From the IMG/VR virus record IMGVR_UViG_3300009784_000001, positions 295,944 through 359,943 of that record: a stretch of 64,000 nt of DNA. One strand, written 5' to 3'. Of this stretch, positions 59,902 through 64,000 are shown piece by piece. The stretch comes from a virus (taxonomy: Duplodnaviria > Heunggongvirae > Uroviricota > Caudoviricetes). Under the pieces are notes generated by a model, which was not told where the DNA came from, did not search any database, and saw nothing but the letters and a program-made list of their open reading frames with translations. The number at the start of each line of letters is the position of its first letter. Position 1 is the stretch's first letter. The translations under genes and the position numbers were made by a program.

Positions 59902-60603
59902 ATGAGTAATTATGATGAAACTTATGGCGGTTCTTTTGGTATAGGAATTAATAATTTTGATCCAACTAATATAACCGCAGATGAAGTGATAGGTATCACA
60001 TTTGTAATTGATAAGAGTGGCTCTGTAAATAGATATATTTCAGATCTAAATGATAATTTAAATGGCTTTTTACAAGAAATGGGACATAGCCATGTAGCAG
60101 ATAAAATATTATGTCAAATTTTAGAGTTTGATGATGATGTAAAAGTATTAAATGGTTTTCAACCTATAGCTGATATTAAGCCTTTTAATATTCAACCAGG
60201 AGGAATGACTAGTTGTTTTGATGCTTGCGCAAAAGGTCTTGAAAATACAATTCAATATCGCCAAAATCTTGAACAACAAGGTATAACAGTTAAAAATCTT
60301 GTATTTATTATTACTGATGGTGAATCTAATGCTGATAGAAAATATGCAGCAAGTGATGTTAAGAAACTGGTAGATGATTTATATACCAATGAATCCAATT
60401 TTGGTTCTTTTTCCATTATACTTTTTGGTTTAGGAGATGAAACTAACTTCAAAAGAGTAGGAAAAGAAATGGGAATTAGAGATGAAATGATTGCCACTAT
60501 TGGAATTACTGCTAAAGAAATTCGTAAAATGATTGGTTTTATTTCTTCTTCTGTTTCAAGTAGTGGTTCAGGAGGTGCAATGCCAACTGCTGTCATTTTT
60601 TAA
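59902..60603 (+). CDS. vWA (TerY-like) protein
   Basis: DKSGS MIDAS; GMT; ITDG. Confidence 0.85.
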   Translation: MSNYDETYGGSFGIGINNFDPTNITADEVIGITFVIDKSGSVNRYISDLNDNLNGFLQEMGHSHVADKILCQILEFDDDVKVLNGFQPIADIKPFNIQPGGMTSCFDACAKGLENTIQYRQNLEQQGITVKNLVFIITDGESNADRKYAASDVKKLVDDLYTNESNFGSFSIILFGLGDETNFKRVGKEMGIRDEMIATIGITAKEIRKMIGFISSSVSSSGSGGAMPTAVIF

Positions 60604-60717
60604 ATATTCTAATATAAATAAAATTCCATATATTAAAAAATATATGGAATTTTTAACATAGAATATTTGGTTATTAAAAATAATATTTGTATTTTTGTAT
60701 TGAAATATTAAATAAAA

Positions 60718-61221
60718 ATGGGATTAGATATTAGTGCTTATAAATTAGGCAAGAAAAGAAATGATGTAAACAGGGACGAAAATTATGAAGATAATGTAGT
60801 TTATATATTTACATTGAATTTTAAACCAGTTAAACATTTAACACAATTTGAAGAAGGCTTCTATGAAATAGAAGAAGAACTTAAAATACCTGATTTTCAT
60901 TTATCATATAGTGGTTATAATTATTTCAGAAATGAAATATGCAAAATGGCTTTGGGAGTAGAAGCCTCTGAAGTATGGAAAAATATTGAAGAATATTTAG
61001 ATAAACCTTTTGTTGAATTTATCAACTTTGCAGATAATGAAGGATCTTATGATTATATAGTGGCTGAGAAATTATTGAAAGATTTTACTGATTATCAAGA
61101 AAAAGCAAAAGAAATATTTAATAAGAAAAATGGTTTAGATTTTTATTATAATGAATATTTAAAATACATAGATATTTTAAAAGAGGTTGTAAAAGATAAA
61201 GGTATAGTTTTCTATACCTAA
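60718..61221 (+). CDS. hypothetical protein
   Basis: MGLDI N-terminus; SYSGYN.FR; FADNEG. Confidence 0.65.
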   Translation: MGLDISAYKLGKKRNDVNRDENYEDNVVYIFTLNFKPVKHLTQFEEGFYEIEEELKIPDFHLSYSGYNYFRNEICKMALGVEASEVWKNIEEYLDKPFVEFINFADNEGSYDYIVAEKLLKDFTDYQEKAKEIFNKKNGLDFYYNEYLKYIDILKEVVKDKGIVFYT

Positions 61222-61229
61222 AAAAAAAG

Positions 61230-61268
61230 AGAAATTAAACAGCAATAATAAATTAAAATAAATTTCTG
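61230..61268 (+). promoter_or_regulatory. CAGCA RNA motif abutting the DUF2828 start codon
   Basis: AGAAATT-AAACAGCAA...AATTTCT-G-ATG. Confidence 0.7.
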
Positions 61269-62870
61269 ATGACAAATCAATTTTTAAACAATGTACAATC
61301 AAAAGATTGTTACACAGACAATGGTGCTTTAAGCAATTCAAGTACAGGTAATATATTAGTTAATCAATTTGGAATTGCAGCTTCTCAAAGAGGAAGAAGT
61401 ATTGATGAAGTATTTAATGATCAAGCTATCCTATTTGGTTATGATCCAGAATTATCTTTAAAATTTGTTTTCTATTTGAGAATGATTACAAGAAATGTTA
61501 ATGTTAATGGTGAAGCTATTGGTAAAATTCAAAAGGGACAAGGTTCTAGAGATGAATCTTTTAAAAGACTATTATGGTATGCTGTAAATCAACCAAAAAT
61601 GTTTTATGAAAATTTATGGCTATTACCAGTTGTAGGGTCTTGGAAAGATATATGGAATATTTTATTTTTAGCTTATCAAAATAATATTAATTTAGATAAA
61701 AATTTTATTTTTGGAATTATTCAAGGTGGGATGAGTTCTGATAATCAAAAAGATTTAATCAAAAAATTCTTACCTCGCATTAGATCAAATAAAAAATGTA
61801 CAACTGAATGGGCAAAATATACTAATTCTTTAGCAAAAGAATTTATTCAAGCAGTTGGGTGGACTGAAAAAGATTATAGAAATTTTAAATCAACAGGAAC
61901 AGCTCATGAATTTCAAAGATTGATATGTTCTGGTAAATATGATTTATTAAAATTCAATTTAATTCCTGGAAAGGCTTTATTTAATTTAGCAAAAGGTAAA
62001 TTCTTATCTAATCATAATTTGGAAAAGAAATTTGAACAATGGATTTCTAAACAACCTGTTGCTAAATTTACAGGATATGTTCATGAATTGGGTCAAGAAG
62101 TTAATAATAGTGGCAGTAATTTACCTTTATATAAAAAATTAACATTTGATAAACAATTCACTGGTTTAGTTGAATTAGGAAAAAAATCAGCTAATGAAGG
62201 CATATTAGGAAAAAGGAATGTAATTTGTGCTATTGATAGAAGCGGCAGTATGACAGAAGGAATAGGAAATACAACTTGTATGAATATTGCTGAATCTTTA
62301 GGAATTTATTTTGCTTCCTTGATGGAAGGTGCTTTTCATAACTGGGTAATTAAGTTTTCATCAAGAAGCGAATGGGTACAATTACAAGGTGATAGTTTTG
62401 TTGATAGAAAAAAAAGTATGCAATGGGGAGATTGCCCTTCAAATACTGATTTTCAATCTGTTATTGATTCAATTGTTAGAGTAAAATTACAAAATCCTAA
62501 TATTGCTGAATCAGAGTTTCCAAATACATTAATTGTAGTTTCTGACATGCAATTTGATTATTGTGGGTATGGTTCAACTAGACAAGATGAAAAAACTAAT
62601 CAGCAATTAGCAGTTCAAAAATTATCTCAAGTATTTAGTAAAGAATTTGTAGATAATTTTGTATGGATTTGGTGGCAAGTGAATGGTCAAAAGAAAGATT
62701 TTCCTCAAACTATGAATGAAGGAGGAGGATATGTAATTTCTGGCTTTGATGGTGCTATTATTACTACTTTATTAGGAGGCGCAGTTAAACCAAAAGGTGA
62801 AAAACCTGATATGTTGGATATGGTTAAAGAGGCTCTTAATCAAGAGGTTTTAAATTTGATAAAATTATGA
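61269..62870 (+). CDS. DUF2828-like protein (TROVE/Ro60-like helical domain plus vWA)
   Basis: TDNGA...STG, GQG.R, GSWKD, KFLPR, DRSGSM, NTDFQ, SDMQFD, SGF. Confidence 0.8.
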   Translation: MTNQFLNNVQSKDCYTDNGALSNSSTGNILVNQFGIAASQRGRSIDEVFNDQAILFGYDPELSLKFVFYLRMITRNVNVNGEAIGKIQKGQGSRDESFKRLLWYAVNQPKMFYENLWLLPVVGSWKDIWNILFLAYQNNINLDKNFIFGIIQGGMSSDNQKDLIKKFLPRIRSNKKCTTEWAKYTNSLAKEFIQAVGWTEKDYRNFKSTGTAHEFQRLICSGKYDLLKFNLIPGKALFNLAKGKFLSNHNLEKKFEQWISKQPVAKFTGYVHELGQEVNNSGSNLPLYKKLTFDKQFTGLVELGKKSANEGILGKRNVICAIDRSGSMTEGIGNTTCMNIAESLGIYFASLMEGAFHNWVIKFSSRSEWVQLQGDSFVDRKKSMQWGDCPSNTDFQSVIDSIVRVKLQNPNIAESEFPNTLIVVSDMQFDYCGYGSTRQDEKTNQQLAVQKLSQVFSKEFVDNFVWIWWQVNGQKKDFPQTMNEGGGYVISGFDGAIITTLLGGAVKPKGEKPDMLDMVKEALNQEVLNLIKL

Positions 62871-63082
62871 AAACTAAAGATGAATATTTAAATGAATTTC
62901 TTAAAGAGTGTAAGAGTGGTCTTTTTAATGAATATGAAATAAATGCAGCAAAATTAGGTTTTGAAAAGGGTTATATAGTAGGTATGGCTAATGATTCAAA
63001 AAAAGAAGTTGTATATGTTTCAAAAGATTGGAGAGATGTACCAGGTGGAGTAGGTGATGAGCCTTATGATTTATTTGGATAA
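62867..63082 (+). CDS. hypothetical protein
   Basis: 71 aa ORF. Confidence 0.55.
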   Translation: MKTKDEYLNEFLKECKSGLFNEYEINAAKLGFEKGYIVGMANDSKKEVVYVSKDWRDVPGGVGDEPYDLFG

Positions 63083-63303
63083 TTATAAGTTTATGAAAAA
63101 ATAATTAATGAGTGATTTAACCAAATTTGAAGAAGCTATTTCTTATATTGTTGAAAATGAAAATGGCTATTTGGATGATTTAATTGATAAATTTGGAGAA
63201 GAACTTGTTGAAAAATTAGCTATACTGGGTTATATTCATGAAGATATAACCCTTATAGATAAAAAAAGAAAAAAAAGTGTTTAATTAAAAAAAAATAAAA
63301 ATT

Positions 63304-64000
63304 ATGTGTTTTGTTATTTGTAAAAATTTTTCTGAAAAGAAAGTAGCTATTGAAGATATTATAGTATTTAAAAATTTAAATGATAATTTATCTTCTGAAT
63401 GTAAAAGTTATTATTATAAAGTTGGTAAATCTAATCCTAAAGTTGAATTAGAAGTAATAAATGGTGAGATAAATGAAGGATATCATTCTTGGAAACTTCC
63501 TTTTCCTGGATGTTACAAATTTTTAATTCCAAAAGGAAGTGAATATTATTATACATTAAATCATAGTGTACAATATGTTTCAACAAATATTGAATTACTT
63601 TCTGATAAACCTCTTACAGAAGAAGAATGTATTGAATTGTCTAATTTTCCTACAACATATCAAGAAGCATGCGAAAAACTCGGAATTGAACCATTAAATG
63701 AAAGCAAATTACTTGAATGTGGATTGAATAAGAAAGATATAGCTTTTAAGAAACTTGAAACTATTATTAGATGTATCAATACTCGATGTGAAATAGTTGA
63801 ATATGATTGGGATAATTCCAAACAATATAAATGGCTTGGGTGGTTTTATCTGGATTCTCCTTTTCGGTTCCGTGATGCGAGTTATCGGTATACGTATGCG
63901 TCTGCGTTTGCGGGTTGCGCCTCTCGCCTACACTTGCCCACAGAATGGGCTGTGAAATATGTTTATAATATAAATCAAGAGTTCTTTGGTTATTGGAAAG
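63304..64000 (+). CDS. truncated gene, candidate DGR target protein (runs off the window)
   Basis: open from ATG 63304 to the window end; DW.N..Q.KW..WF followed by GC-rich FRFRDASYRYTYASAFAGCASRL. Confidence 0.7.
   Translation, partial: MCFVICKNFSEKKVAIEDIIVFKNLNDNLSSECKSYYYKVGKSNPKVELEVINGEINEGYHSWKLPFPGCYKFLIPKGSEYYYTLNHSVQYVSTNIELLSDKPLTEEECIELSNFPTTYQEACEKLGIEPLNESKLLECGLNKKDIAFKKLETIIRCINTRCEIVEYDWDNSKQYKWLGWFYLDSPFRFRDASYRYTYASAFAGCASRLHLPTEWAVKYVYNINQEFFGYWK

Noticed and set aside
60252-60596. Antisense or nested ORFs inside real genes (also 7543, 12815, 12837, 22740, 29106, 29354, 29992, 30557, 31469, 32385, 33397, 41079, 43150, 44131, 57028, 58321)
   Set aside because: They overlap well-supported genes and have no recognisable motifs.
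1-64000. TAG stop-codon recoding as in Lak-type phages
   Set aside because: Long conserved genes are intact in code 11 and TAG ends genes at natural boundaries (e.g. infC at 52687, Dam at 47334); no suppressor tRNA seen.
1-64000. CRISPR array or rRNA
   Set aside because: No regularly spaced direct repeats or rRNA-like sequence seen; the CAGCA elements are dispersed and vary in length.

Overview
Very AT-rich, gene-dense window from a large (jumbo-type) tailed phage of a Bacteroidota host. Host-type TTTG..TAnnTTTG promoters recur and the genetic code is standard. It holds about 25 canonical tRNA genes covering all 20 amino acids, several tRNA-like RNAs, homing endonucleases, five DNA methyltransferases, MetK, PncA/PncB, DnaK/DnaJ/Hsp20, IF-3, a sigma-70 factor, a PP2C/kinase/vWA set and a DUF2828 (TROVE/Ro60-like) protein. 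Main finding: three tRNA operons are each preceded by an unannotated 30-43 aa leader ORF and an intrinsic terminator. The codon content of each leader matches the tRNAs encoded downstream (K/P/N/E/D; S/Y/F/L/C/T/A/I/H; Q/G/W), and the 3' end of each leader can pair with the terminator 5' arm as an antiterminator. This looks like ribosome-stalling attenuators that switch on replacement tRNA sets when the matching tRNAs are depleted. Second finding: a repeated small RNA motif (stem-NNCAGCA...stem-CTG) occurs in the tRNA region, inside tRNA-like genes, and directly before the start codon of the DUF2828 gene. Also seen: a SAM-II-like riboswitch before metK and a DGR-type variable region in the last, truncated gene. 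All assignments were made by eye from sequence motifs; no searches or folding programs were run.
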